64,000 nucleotides of DNA, taken from an uncultured candidate division Zixibacteria bacterium. GTDB lineage: Bacteria; Zixibacteria; MSB-5A5; UBA10806. The notes beneath the pieces are model-generated. The model was not told where the DNA came from, searched no databases, and was given only the letters and a program-made list of their open reading frames with translations. Below, piece after piece: positions 52,718-61,929 of the stretch; positions within the stretch are counted from its first letter, which is position 1; each line of letters opens with the position of its first letter. Location: the NCBI GenBank assembly GCA_963817915.1, contig CAWFQL010000006.1, positions 160,001 through 224,000 of the forward strand, read 5' to 3'. The position numbers and the translations under genes were made by a program.

Positions 52718-53158
52718 CTAAACGGGTACTTTGCCGGTGCCTACGCAGAATCGGCAGTCGACCAGCTTCTTTGAATTGTGATGTTCGCCCCCGGCTACCA
52801 AGCATTCCGGGCATGATGTCAGCCTGATTTGTGAACCAAACATCTGGTGATGCCCCTTATCGTATGGCTCTCCGGCGGCGCATTTGCCGGTACCATCGCA
52901 ATGATCGCATTCCTTGGTTGGGCCATCGTAGGTAGATGGGTCGTATGCGGGCTTGGCTGGCACAGGCTTGGCAACTATCGGCGAAGTCAGTATTGGTCTT
53001 TCCTCGATCCTTTTTGGAATCGTCGGTTTAGGGGCGGGTTTTGGCGCAGGCTTCGGCACTTTAGCCTTTTTCACTGGTTTCTTTTTTTCTATTGGTTTCT
53101 TCGCGGCTGCTTTTTTCTTTACTTCTTTTTTGGCTGCGCTTTTCTTCTTGGCCGGCAT
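52718..53158 (-). CDS. Lys/Ala/Pro-rich protein with DnaJ-like zinc finger
   Basis: GGAGG RBS; MPAKKKSAAKK...; CDHCDGTG, CPEC, CRFCVGTG. Confidence 0.75.
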   Translation of the reverse strand: MPAKKKSAAKKEVKKKAAAKKPIEKKKPVKKAKVPKPAPKPAPKPTIPKRIEERPILTSPIVAKPVPAKPAYDPSTYDGPTKECDHCDGTGKCAAGEPYDKGHHQMFGSQIRLTSCPECLVAGGEHHNSKKLVDCRFCVGTGKVPV

Positions 53159-53167
53159 AGACCCTCC

Positions 53168-54046
53168 CTATTCTTCGATAATCCTGTTTCCTTCGGAATC
53201 ATACTTAAAAAATCCCTGGCCTGTCTTGACACCCAGGTGACCAGCATTTACCATTTTTCTCAAGAGCGGGCAAGGATTATATTTATGTTCTGATAGCTCT
53301 GCCAGTAGGTTCTCCATCCAATCCATCACGACATCGAGCCCCATTTTGTCGGCAAGCGCCAGAGGGCCGATATTAAAACCATACCCCAATTTGATGGCAG
53401 TATCGATATCCGAGGCAGTGGCCACACCCTCCATCAGCACATGCATTGCTTCATTGAGCAATGGTACAATTATCCTGGTCGTGATATATCCTGGATACTC
53501 CGTAACCGTAACTGCGGTCTTCCCCAGAGAACGGGCAAATTCGTTGACCTTGTTATAAGTATCAACCGATGTTTTCAGGCCTTTTACTATCTCGACCATC
53601 GGTATTTTGGGGACCGGATTTAAAAAATGAAGGCCGATGACTTTATCTGGCCGGCCGGTTACCGCTCCAACACCTGTTATTGATAATGTTGAAGTATTGG
53701 TAGCGAAGACAGTTTCTTTCGGACAAATCTTGTCTAGCTTCGCGAAAAGGCTTCTCTTCAACTGAAGATCCTCGGGAATTGTTTCAATTACCAGCGGACA
53801 ATCAAGGGCTTCATTTAAATCCCAATGGCTTTTTATTCGAGTGAGAATTGCCTTTTTTTCGGCCGCCGTCATTCCCCACTTTTCGATCTCATGATCCATT
53901 TCGTCGGCCAGCATTTTGAGACCGGCATCGACATGATTTCTATCAACATCGAAAAGCAGGACTTCTGTCCCTGTGGATGCTACTGATTGGGCAATTCCTT
54001 GTCCCATCACCCCCGCACCAATTACCGCCACCTTAGAAAATGCCAT
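53168..54046 (-). CDS. hbd: 3-hydroxybutyryl-CoA dehydrogenase
   Basis: GAGVMGQGIA, ATNTSTL, GLHFLNP, LGVKTGQGFFKY; GGAGG RBS before ATG 54046. Confidence 0.9.
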   Translation of the reverse strand: MAFSKVAVIGAGVMGQGIAQSVASTGTEVLLFDVDRNHVDAGLKMLADEMDHEIEKWGMTAAEKKAILTRIKSHWDLNEALDCPLVIETIPEDLQLKRSLFAKLDKICPKETVFATNTSTLSITGVGAVTGRPDKVIGLHFLNPVPKIPMVEIVKGLKTSVDTYNKVNEFARSLGKTAVTVTEYPGYITTRIIVPLLNEAMHVLMEGVATASDIDTAIKLGYGFNIGPLALADKMGLDVVMDWMENLLAELSEHKYNPCPLLRKMVNAGHLGVKTGQGFFKYDSEGNRIIEE

Positions 54047-54331
54047 TAAGTCCTCCAAATCAAGGCGGCCCAAATGCCGCCATAGTTGTCTTCAACGATT
54101 TCTCGAATTAGGCTTCTATCCTATTCATCTATCTGCCAAGCAGATAAGCGAAGCCAACACCCGCGTTTTGCAGCAGGTCATTCTATCGTTTGACATAATT
54201 TTATCAATTATTAGATGAATCGGCAATTGATTTTTGATATTCAGCTCTTATAATAATAATCCTTGCATTAATAATTGGAACCATTTATATAAATAACAGT
54301 TATTATTACCAATTGAAACGAGGAGGTTTTT

Positions 54332-55135
54332 GTGAAAAATTTAATTAAGTTAACAATGGTCTTTTTTTTAGTTGTCCCGGCATTTGCCCATCCAACATAT
54401 ACTGGTTATTCTGGTGCTCCGGGATGCCGCGGCACATGCACGAGTTCGTGTCATGCAGAACATGATTTCTCACCATCGATTACAGTAACCGGCTTTCCCG
54501 AATCGTATGTACCTGGGCAACAATATGTTATAGCAGTCGGCCATAGCTCCGGAACCACGATAAGAAATTTTAATTCATCGATTAGAATAGGCACTGGAAA
54601 CGCAAACGCCGGTACGATCACGGCAGGTACACGGACTTCAGTTTACAGCGCCAATGGCGAATCAAATGGTGTCCATTTTTCCAGCCCAATTCAGAGCTCA
54701 GGCACATTCAATTGGACGGCACCGATAGCAGGAACAGGTGATGTTCGACTTTATTGGGCCGGGCTGCAAGGCAGTTATACAAACGGCGCCGATACTCATA
54801 TGGTGATAATCAGCCATGAAGCTATCACCGGTATCGAAGACAGTCCTAATCTGCCGAATGGTTTAGCGTTGAACCAAAATTATCCCAACCCATTCAACGG
54901 CGAGACCAATATCGAATTTTCGATCGATAAGCCCGGAAAGGTAGATTTCTATATTACTAATATAATGGGTCAAATGGTTTATGTCTGGAATCAATATGTT
55001 TCCAATCCCGGCATGGTATCACTGCATTGGAATGGCAAAGATGCCAACGGCAAAGAGCTGCCCTCGGGCGTATACTTATATCAGTTGGTCACAAGTGACC
55101 GGAAGCTTTCGAGAAAAATGGTGATGATGAAGTAA
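54332..55135 (+). CDS. Reeler-like (choice-of-anchor V-like) secreted protein with T9SS-type sorting domain
   Basis: SGAPG..CTSSCH, YVPGQQY, FNWTAP, NQNYPNPFN...PSGVY. Confidence 0.75.
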   Translation: MKNLIKLTMVFFLVVPAFAHPTYTGYSGAPGCRGTCTSSCHAEHDFSPSITVTGFPESYVPGQQYVIAVGHSSGTTIRNFNSSIRIGTGNANAGTITAGTRTSVYSANGESNGVHFSSPIQSSGTFNWTAPIAGTGDVRLYWAGLQGSYTNGADTHMVIISHEAITGIEDSPNLPNGLALNQNYPNPFNGETNIEFSIDKPGKVDFYITNIMGQMVYVWNQYVSNPGMVSLHWNGKDANGKELPSGVYLYQLVTSDRKLSRKMVMMK

Positions 55136-55162
55136 TTAGTCGGCATTTTCAACGTTCAAATT

Positions 55163-55380
55163 GACGGCGTCGAATGGCGCCGTTTTTTTTATTATGATGT
55201 TGCGCATAAGTAGCTGTTCGTGCCGGGTCAGGCGAGCCGACACACCAGAAAGAGGGCACAATATATTGTGCCCCTACGATGGATTAGGAGCGTTCGAAGG
55301 CAAGAATGCTAATGACGGCAAAAGATTCCTGACGACGCGGTAATTCGAATCAAGCTGTCGCTTCAGGCGAGCCGATGCCA
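55163..55380. repeat. Terminator plus REP cluster
   Basis: ACGGCG/CGCCGT plus T-run; GTGCCGGGTCAGGCGAGCCGACAC; GGGCACAATATATTGTGCCCCTAC. Confidence 0.65.
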
Positions 55381-55431
55381 CAAGGAATATTGATAAATTG
55401 AAATGGATTTTGTAATTTAGATGACAACAAG

Positions 55432-55896
55432 ATGAAAATTTATCAATTAAGACAGACGCAGGCATTCCCGATCACGATTGAAAAAGCGTGGGAGTTTTTT
55501 TCGAATCCGCGCAATCTGCCGCTCATCACTCCTCCCGAAATGCGGATCGAATTTATCTCTGATCTTCCAGAGAAAATGTATGCGGGTGAATTGATTATAT
55601 ATCTTGTCCGGCCAATTCTGGGATTACCGATAACATGGGTCACCGAGATTACACAATGGAATGAAGGTACATCGTTTGTAGACGAACAGCTAATTGGCCC
55701 GTACAAGCTCTGGCATCATCAGCATGATTTTCGAATAATTCCGGGCGGAGTGGAGATGACGGATACAGTCGATTATGCGCTGCCTTTTGGGCTGCTGGGA
55801 AGAATTGCGCATTCGATGATAGTGAAAAAAAAGCTGGATTATATTTTCAAGTTTCGTAGAGAATATTTGGAAAAGAGATTTGGGAAGATGGCATAA
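55432..55896 (+). CDS. SRPBCC family protein
   Basis: WEFFSNPRNL..ITPP, FVDEQLIGPYKLWHHQH. Confidence 0.88.
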   Translation: MKIYQLRQTQAFPITIEKAWEFFSNPRNLPLITPPEMRIEFISDLPEKMYAGELIIYLVRPILGLPITWVTEITQWNEGTSFVDEQLIGPYKLWHHQHDFRIIPGGVEMTDTVDYALPFGLLGRIAHSMIVKKKLDYIFKFRREYLEKRFGKMA

Positions 55897-55954
55897 ACTC
55901 CAAATTTCTTGTGAGTTACATGATGACGTGACCGAATCCTACGCACGTTTGCGA

Positions 55955-56320
55955 TCAGGTTAAGCCCTGATGTATGCCAATATTTGGGGAATCTATCCCC
56001 CGCATCCCTGTTGGGTCCGTCCTATTCACCGGGTTGTTCCCGACGTAGCTATATGGATTCAGGTAGTCCGGTAGCGGGTCGGGGGTGACGAAGCGCCCTA
56101 ACACTGGATCCATGAATCGCGCCCCGTAGTAATAGAGATTAAAGCCGTATTCCTCGACATATTCCTTACCCGTAAATGAGAAACGCTCATTTGTTCCGCT
56201 CATGCCGAGCTTTTCACCATTGGGATAATAATCGATTCCGCTCACGAGGCTGCTATCCTGCTTGGTCAATGCCCTTACGCTCCCGAGATGGTCATTGTGA
56301 TATACCTGGCGATCTGTCCA
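55955..56320 (-). pseudogene. Orphan Rhs core fragment 2 with truncated toxin tip
   Basis: YHNDHLGSVRAL...FTGKE...YYYGARFMDPVLGRF...NPYSYVGNNPVNRTDPTG, then only 16 aa before a REP. Confidence 0.8.
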
Positions 56321-56326
56321 TAGCCC

Positions 56327-57136
56327 CTAATCATTTTTCCTTTTGACCTTATTGGTAGGCTTAATATTAAGCACTTTATAAATTTCTTTAGAATTAATTA
56401 CCGTAACAGAATCGGTTTTTAGAAGAACCAAACCTTCAAAATAGCAAGAGCTTTTAATAACTGAGTAAGTTTCTAAATCAAACAAATAGCAAGATATTTC
56501 AATTGTTTTATCAGTAATGCTCATGGATGTCCGCAACAAATTGCCCTTACAAAGGCTATCAATAAGGCTAAACTGATTTTTAGTAAGTCCTAAGTTAGTT
56601 TGGTCCAACACAATCGACAAATCGCTCGGAGATTCTAAAAAGTACAGGCATGTTTTAATATGAGACAGAACAATAAACAATTGAGCCAAATATTTATAAT
56701 CATATGGCTTTTGAAAGTCTTGAACAGCTATTAATGAATTATAGTCATTTAATGAAAATGTCTCTAAAAGATAGGCTTTATTGGTCTCTGTCTCATTTAG
56801 AATAAAAAATGGACTGCCCTGTAAGGAATGCCAAGGAACACAAATCGATACATATGAGGACCTTAGCCGGACAATCTTGTATCTTCTCCCAGGCATAGAA
56901 TCCTCTGAAGCGCATTCAATTCCTTTCAATAATTTCAGCTGCATGCAGATAAAATTTCGATTTGAAATAGTTAAATTATCAACAAAGTTCATTTCGGAAA
57001 ACAAACCAAAAAATGTACTTTGAGGATGAGCATATTCTAAAGATGTTCCTTCATTGAATTCAATGTCATAGAAAGCGATTCCCTTAGTTGAAGAAAAAAG
57101 GGAAATAATAATTAGCATTAATAATAATTTTTTCAT
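56327..57136 (-). CDS. AT-rich exported protein, putative immunity protein
   Basis: Signal peptide MKKLLLMLIII from ATG 57136 (GGGAG RBS); sits directly after the Rhs toxin tip. Confidence 0.6.
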   Translation of the reverse strand: MKKLLLMLIIISLFSSTKGIAFYDIEFNEGTSLEYAHPQSTFFGLFSEMNFVDNLTISNRNFICMQLKLLKGIECASEDSMPGRRYKIVRLRSSYVSICVPWHSLQGSPFFILNETETNKAYLLETFSLNDYNSLIAVQDFQKPYDYKYLAQLFIVLSHIKTCLYFLESPSDLSIVLDQTNLGLTKNQFSLIDSLCKGNLLRTSMSITDKTIEISCYLFDLETYSVIKSSCYFEGLVLLKTDSVTVINSKEIYKVLNIKPTNKVKRKND

Positions 57137-57158
57137 TTCCGTTATCTCCCTTATAACG

Positions 57159-57942
57159 TTATTGATCCCAAGGTTTCCAATCATAACGATGTTGATAAGA
57201 TAAATACGTCTCCACCGCCACCTGATAATTCTTTGCATCGATTAGGCTCGTGCATTGTTGGAGCAATTGTTCTCTCGGGCCAAATGTCATGCCCCCAGAA
57301 TTCCATCTCGCCCTATTGGAACTATAGGAACGAAATTCCATACGGACCGCAAATTCCTCAGTCCCTGCACGACCATAATGCTGATCCGCTGGCCGATCTA
57401 GAGCATACGACAAATGAGAGGTTTCGTGATGCAAATGTGCCCATAGAAGTGCTTTAGACGCTTGATTCCTATACTGTAAATAGATACTGGCATTTACATC
57501 CAAATATGGTCCGTTAGCCCCGCCTCTTTGAAGTGCAATTGGTTCTGTGCCATTTCCGAATTTTATGAAATCCATATTCATGACAGCTCCACTCTCAATT
57601 GCCTCCGTCAGCTTCTTTACCAAGTTTCCATAGAGTTTCGCTAACTTCGCCCAATCTTCTTTCTCTTCAGTAGGACCGTTCTTTGCAAAATAGTTGGCAT
57701 CTTTTTCGGCTTCTGTCAGATCTACTTTGAGTTTTTCTGCCGCTTTTAATTCTGCAAGAAGATCATCACTTTTTAGTTGCTCAAATACTGCTGGTGATAG
57801 GTCACAATAAAACCAAGGTTGCTCTGGCTTCGCATCTGGAACCTCAGTACGACCATAGTGTTCCGGGAGGCCGTACATCCCTGTTGGAAGTCCTATCCCG
57901 GGTTGTTGCCGTACATAGCTGTAGGGATTCAGGTAGTACCGG
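57159..57942 (-). CDS. Rhs C-terminal toxin tip with HExxH motif (fragment)
   Basis: YLNPYSYV...PTG-MYG degenerate Rhs cleavage motif followed by ~240 aa containing HLHHETSH...EEFA. Confidence 0.65.
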
Positions 57943-58685
57943 GAACAGGTGCGTGATGTACTGATATCCCATCCAAGAGATCGCGACGTGGTTATCTTGA
58001 ACAGCAACCTGGCATCTCTGTGCTCCTCTCGGGTCCTGAGCGACGTCTATCTCAGCCGACCATGTCCGGCCGCTATCCGTGCTCCTCGAATAACGGACAT
58101 TGATAGTTCCTTCCTCGTTAACCCACACAAGATGCAGATAATTGCCCGAAGCCCGCAGGCACATGTTCTGGGGCGTGCCATTGAGATAGGCAACATTGAT
58201 GCCTCTCCCATTCCAGCTCTCGCCCCAGTCAGTGGAAATCAACACATAGAGCGAATCACGATCATACTCATTCCATGCGAAATATAATCTCCGGCCGGAA
58301 TTAGTAAGAGAACTGTAATTGGACTGGTGGTCTCGATAAAATGAAAATACTGTTCTCATTGGCCCCCAAGTCAACCCCAGGTCGCTGCTCTGGAAGTATC
58401 CAAGGTTTGATCCCATCTGGTTGAAATTCCAAATTGACGATCCCAAAATTATATTGTTATCGTCTCTTGCCATTTCGGGAAAATCATATGCAAGCAAAGG
58501 CTGGGAATCACCCAGGGCTATATAATCTCCCCACGTAGCACCGGCGTCGCTGCTGCGAATGAAATAGGCATGAATACCGGTGATAGATGCATAAGAACAA
58601 AGGAGCGTATCGCCGACTGAAATCGCCCTGGCCGTAAAGATATCTGTTTGGTCCGTCAGCCTTCTCTCCGGCCCCCAGACCGTGG
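57943..58685 (-). pseudogene. BNR/Asp-box (sialidase-like) gene fragment inserted in the Rhs core
   Basis: Four Asp-boxes: SSDAGATW, SSDLGLTW, STDWGESW, STDSGRTW; no start or signal peptide of its own. Confidence 0.7.
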
Positions 58686-59030
58686 GCCCTAATACGGGGT
58701 CCATGAATCGCGCCCCATAGTAATAGAGATTGAAGCCATATTCCTCGACATACTCCTTGCCGGTGAATGAGAAACGCTCGTTTGTCCCACTCATGCCAAG
58801 CTTTTCACCGTTGGGATAATAATCGATTCCACTCACGGGACTGCCGTTCTGTCTGGTCAATGCTCTCACACTCCCGAGATGATCATTGTGATAAACCTGG
58901 CGGTCTGTTCCCTTGTACCGTGCCAATCGTTGGCCAAGGCCATAAACATAATTCCATTTGAGAGCGCAGGAATCATCATATTCAGTTATTATTTCCCCGC
59001 CACTATATACGTAATAAGTATTCAGCGTGT
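58686..59030 (-). pseudogene. Orphan Rhs core fragment 1
   Basis: YYVYSGGEIITEY...YHNDHLGSVRAL...YYYGARFMDPVLG; near-identical protein to fragment 2. Confidence 0.8.
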
Positions 59031-59126
59031 CCACCGATTTCCAGAAGCAACAATGCGGGGGCGGGCCGCCCTTAAAGTATTGCGATGGGAAAAAGTTGAA
59101 GACTCCTGCCCTGCTCCAGCTAATTA

Positions 59127-59306
59127 TCGTCAGGTGCGGAGACCCGACGACACAGAGAATAATATTGTCTTTACGAGCGAAGCGAAGCAATCTAAAGGCG
59201 TTGTATAGATTGCTTCGTCCGGCAGCTGACGGATTGTAAATCCGGCCATCGACGGACTCGCAATGACGCAAGTAAAAGAAAAAAGGGCGGGTTTGAAACC
59301 CGCCCC
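59127..59306. repeat. REP cluster and icd terminator
   Basis: GCGAAGCAATCT / AGATTGCTTCG...CGCAATGAC element like 36239-36334; GGGCGGGTTT/AAACCCGCCC with A-run. Confidence 0.65.
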
Positions 59307-59328
59307 GATAATTGATATCAGAATTGAT

Positions 59329-60573
59329 CTATAGATTGGCGATGATATGAGTCGCGAACTGAGATGTGGAAACCTTGGTTGCGCCTTTCATCTGACGTTC
59401 CAAGTCGTAGGTAACGGTCTTCTGACTGATAGTTTTTTCGACCGCATTTTCGATATTGCGGGCCGCCTCAACCCATCCGAGATATTCGAGCATCAAGACT
59501 GCCGAAAGCAGAAGCGAGCCAGGGTTGATCATATCCTTGTCGGCATATTTCGGAGCTGTGCCGTGAGTCGCCTCGAATAATCCAATAAAATCACCAATAT
59601 TGGCGCCGGGAGCCATGCCCAATCCGCCGACCTGCGCGGCGCAGGCATCGGAAAGATAATCGCCGTTGAGATTGGGAGTAGCGATGACATCGTACTCATC
59701 GGTACGGGTTAGAATCTGCTGGAACATTGAATCGGCGATTCTATCCTTGATTACGATTTTGCCTTTGGGGACTTCGCCGTTGTATTGTTCTGTCACTTCA
59801 GCTTCAGTGACAATCTTATCGCGGTATTCTTTTATGGCCACTTCATAGCCCCAATCACGAAACGCACCTTCGGTGAATTTCATGATATTGCCCTTATGGA
59901 CAATCGTTACTGATTTGCGGTCGTTGGCGATAGCATAATCGATGGCTTTCCTGACCAACCGTTTTGTGCCAGTAACTGAAATTGGCTTGATACCGATGCC
60001 TGAATCAGCGCGAAGTTTGGCTTTTAATTTCGTCTTGAGGAAGCCAATTAGCAATTTTGCTTCTTTGGAGCCTTTGGCCCATTCGATACCGGCATAAACG
60101 TCTTCCGTATTCTCTCTGTAAATGACAACATTCATTTTTTCCGGATGAGTAACCGGAGCAGGAACACCGGTAAAATATCTGACCGGTCTTACACAGGCGT
60201 ATAAATCAAGCACCTGACGAAGTGTAACATTCAATGAACGGAAACCGCCGCCGATGGGGGTGGTCAACGGTCCCTTCAAGGCCACGATATAAGTCTTTAT
60301 CGCGTCGAGCGTATCCTTCGGCAAAATTTCGCCATATTTCGCCATGGCCGCGTCGCCCGCGTAAATATCGAACCAGGCAATCTTCTTTTTGCCGCCGTAG
60401 CATTTTTCAACTGCCGCGTCGACTACTCTCCGAGTCGCCTTCATGATATCGCGACCGATACCATCGCCCTCCATCACCGGAATGATTGGATTGGCGGGCA
60501 CTTTTAATTTTTTATCAACTATTGTAATCGCTTGCCCGTCTTTCGGGGGCTCTATCTTCTTGAACTTGGCCAA
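59329..60573 (-). CDS. icd: Isocitrate dehydrogenase (E. coli-like homodimeric type)
   Basis: [46 protein letters not shown]. Confidence 0.96.
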   Translation of the reverse strand: MAKFKKIEPPKDGQAITIVDKKLKVPANPIIPVMEGDGIGRDIMKATRRVVDAAVEKCYGGKKKIAWFDIYAGDAAMAKYGEILPKDTLDAIKTYIVALKGPLTTPIGGGFRSLNVTLRQVLDLYACVRPVRYFTGVPAPVTHPEKMNVVIYRENTEDVYAGIEWAKGSKEAKLLIGFLKTKLKAKLRADSGIGIKPISVTGTKRLVRKAIDYAIANDRKSVTIVHKGNIMKFTEGAFRDWGYEVAIKEYRDKIVTEAEVTEQYNGEVPKGKIVIKDRIADSMFQQILTRTDEYDVIATPNLNGDYLSDACAAQVGGLGMAPGANIGDFIGLFEATHGTAPKYADKDMINPGSLLLSAVLMLEYLGWVEAARNIENAVEKTISQKTVTYDLERQMKGATKVSTSQFATHIIANL

Positions 60574-60609
60574 CTAATCCTCCTTAAATACCACTGCAAT
60601 ATTGAAATT

Positions 60610-61203
60610 CTAATTGGATACTCTTTTTAGAGTAAAATCACCAATGAAACTGCTGTAATTTATGAAAAGTTTTTTATCCGCCGTTTCGAATGAATCATCG
60701 ACATGATCCATTTTGGGGAACATGCCTTCTTCATGCATGCGATCGTATTTTTGATCGCCGATGAACGCGCGCGATGAGATTTTCACCGGGAAATCAGCCG
60801 GGACCAGTATCATGACGTCGCCGATGAACAGCGATACATTCAGGGCATTATCCCCCGGTTTCAAACGAGATCCGCTCAGATCGATTGTTAAATCCCCTAT
60901 GAAATGAGAGGAATTTATTTCTCCGACTTCCTTGCCGCTGTAGTTTAGGACGAAATCACCTATGAAACGAGCCTGGTCGGAAGCGTTGATGCCCCCTAAA
61001 TGAATTCTGTTTCGGTTGCGATTAAGGATTATCATGATTCCGACAATTATCAGGATAATTGGCCAGAGACTGGTTATAAAATGCCAGACGCGGAAATCAT
61101 GCATGAGATTTCCCAGAAGAAACAAAATTCCAAGTACAATCAATATCAAACCGGCAGTCATGCCGCCGCTTAATATAATCCTACCTGAATTATTTTTGTT
61201 CAT
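60610..61203 (-). CDS. LiaF-like cell-envelope stress membrane protein
   Basis: GLILIVLGILFL...WPIILIIVG and repeated FIGD motifs; start at ATG 61203 overlaps the upstream stop. Confidence 0.75.
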   Translation of the reverse strand: MNKNNSGRIILSGGMTAGLILIVLGILFLLGNLMHDFRVWHFITSLWPIILIIVGIMIILNRNRNRIHLGGINASDQARFIGDFVLNYSGKEVGEINSSHFIGDLTIDLSGSRLKPGDNALNVSLFIGDVMILVPADFPVKISSRAFIGDQKYDRMHEEGMFPKMDHVDDSFETADKKLFINYSSFIGDFTLKRVSN

Positions 61204-61391
61204 TTCTTTTCCTTTTGATGATAGCCGCGGTCGAGGATCATCCCCAAGCCCACGATTACCAAAGCCAACGGCCACCAATCCCTGATGAACTCAGAAAAAC
61301 TGAACTGCAACACATCAAATTTGTTCAAAAGCATCAATGATCCAACTACAACAAATGTGAGTCCCCATAAAATGCCGGAAATTCCTCTCAT
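61200..61391 (-). CDS. Small LiaI/LiaF-like two-TM protein
   Basis: WGLTFVVVG...DWWPLALVIVG. Confidence 0.7.
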   Translation of the reverse strand: MRGISGILWGLTFVVVGSLMLLNKFDVLQFSFSEFIRDWWPLALVIVGLGMILDRGYHQKEKK

Positions 61392-61416
61392 AAAATCTAT
61401 CCCCTTTAAATTGGGT

Positions 61417-61926
61417 TCAATCTAATTTAAAATCTCCGTGCTTCTGCAAATGAGCAATCAGGCCGCCGTCATTGAGGATTTTAATCATGCTCGATGGAAG
61501 CGCCTTGAATGTCAGTTTGGCGCCATTGGTATGATCAATTATCTCACCAGTCTGCAAATCGACTTCAAGGCTGTCTCCAGCGTTGATTTTATCCGTATCG
61601 CAGATTAATACCGGCAATCCGACATTGATAGAATTACGGAAAAATATCCTGGCAAATGATTTCGCTAATACCGCGGAAACACCTGCTAATTTGATGATAG
61701 TCGGCGCATGTTCTCTCGATGATCCCAAACCGAAATTTTTGCCGCCAACGACAAAATCGCCGGCAGACATCTTAGAAGCGAATTCGGTGTCGGCATCTTC
61801 GAGCACATGCTTGGCCAATTCGGGCAAATTGGATCGAAGGTGAAAATAACGCCCCGGAGCGATATGATCTGTCGATATACCGTCTCCAAACTTCCATGCT
61901 TTACCTTTTAATAACATATCACTCAC
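61417..61926 (-). CDS. leuD: LeuD/HacB/DmdB-family hydratase small subunit
   Basis: GKAWKFGDGISTDHIAPGRY, NFGLGSSREHA, SFARIFFRN; substrate uncertain. Confidence 0.85.
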   Translation of the reverse strand: MSDMLLKGKAWKFGDGISTDHIAPGRYFHLRSNLPELAKHVLEDADTEFASKMSAGDFVVGGKNFGLGSSREHAPTIIKLAGVSAVLAKSFARIFFRNSINVGLPVLICDTDKINAGDSLEVDLQTGEIIDHTNGAKLTFKALPSSMIKILNDGGLIAHLQKHGDFKLD

Positions 61927-61929
61927 CTC

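Noticed and set aside
59031..59271. N-terminal part of ORF 57844-59271 (and of ORF 48324-50330) as real coding sequence
   Set aside because: These stretches are largely translated REP palindromes and intergenic DNA with no protein-like signal.
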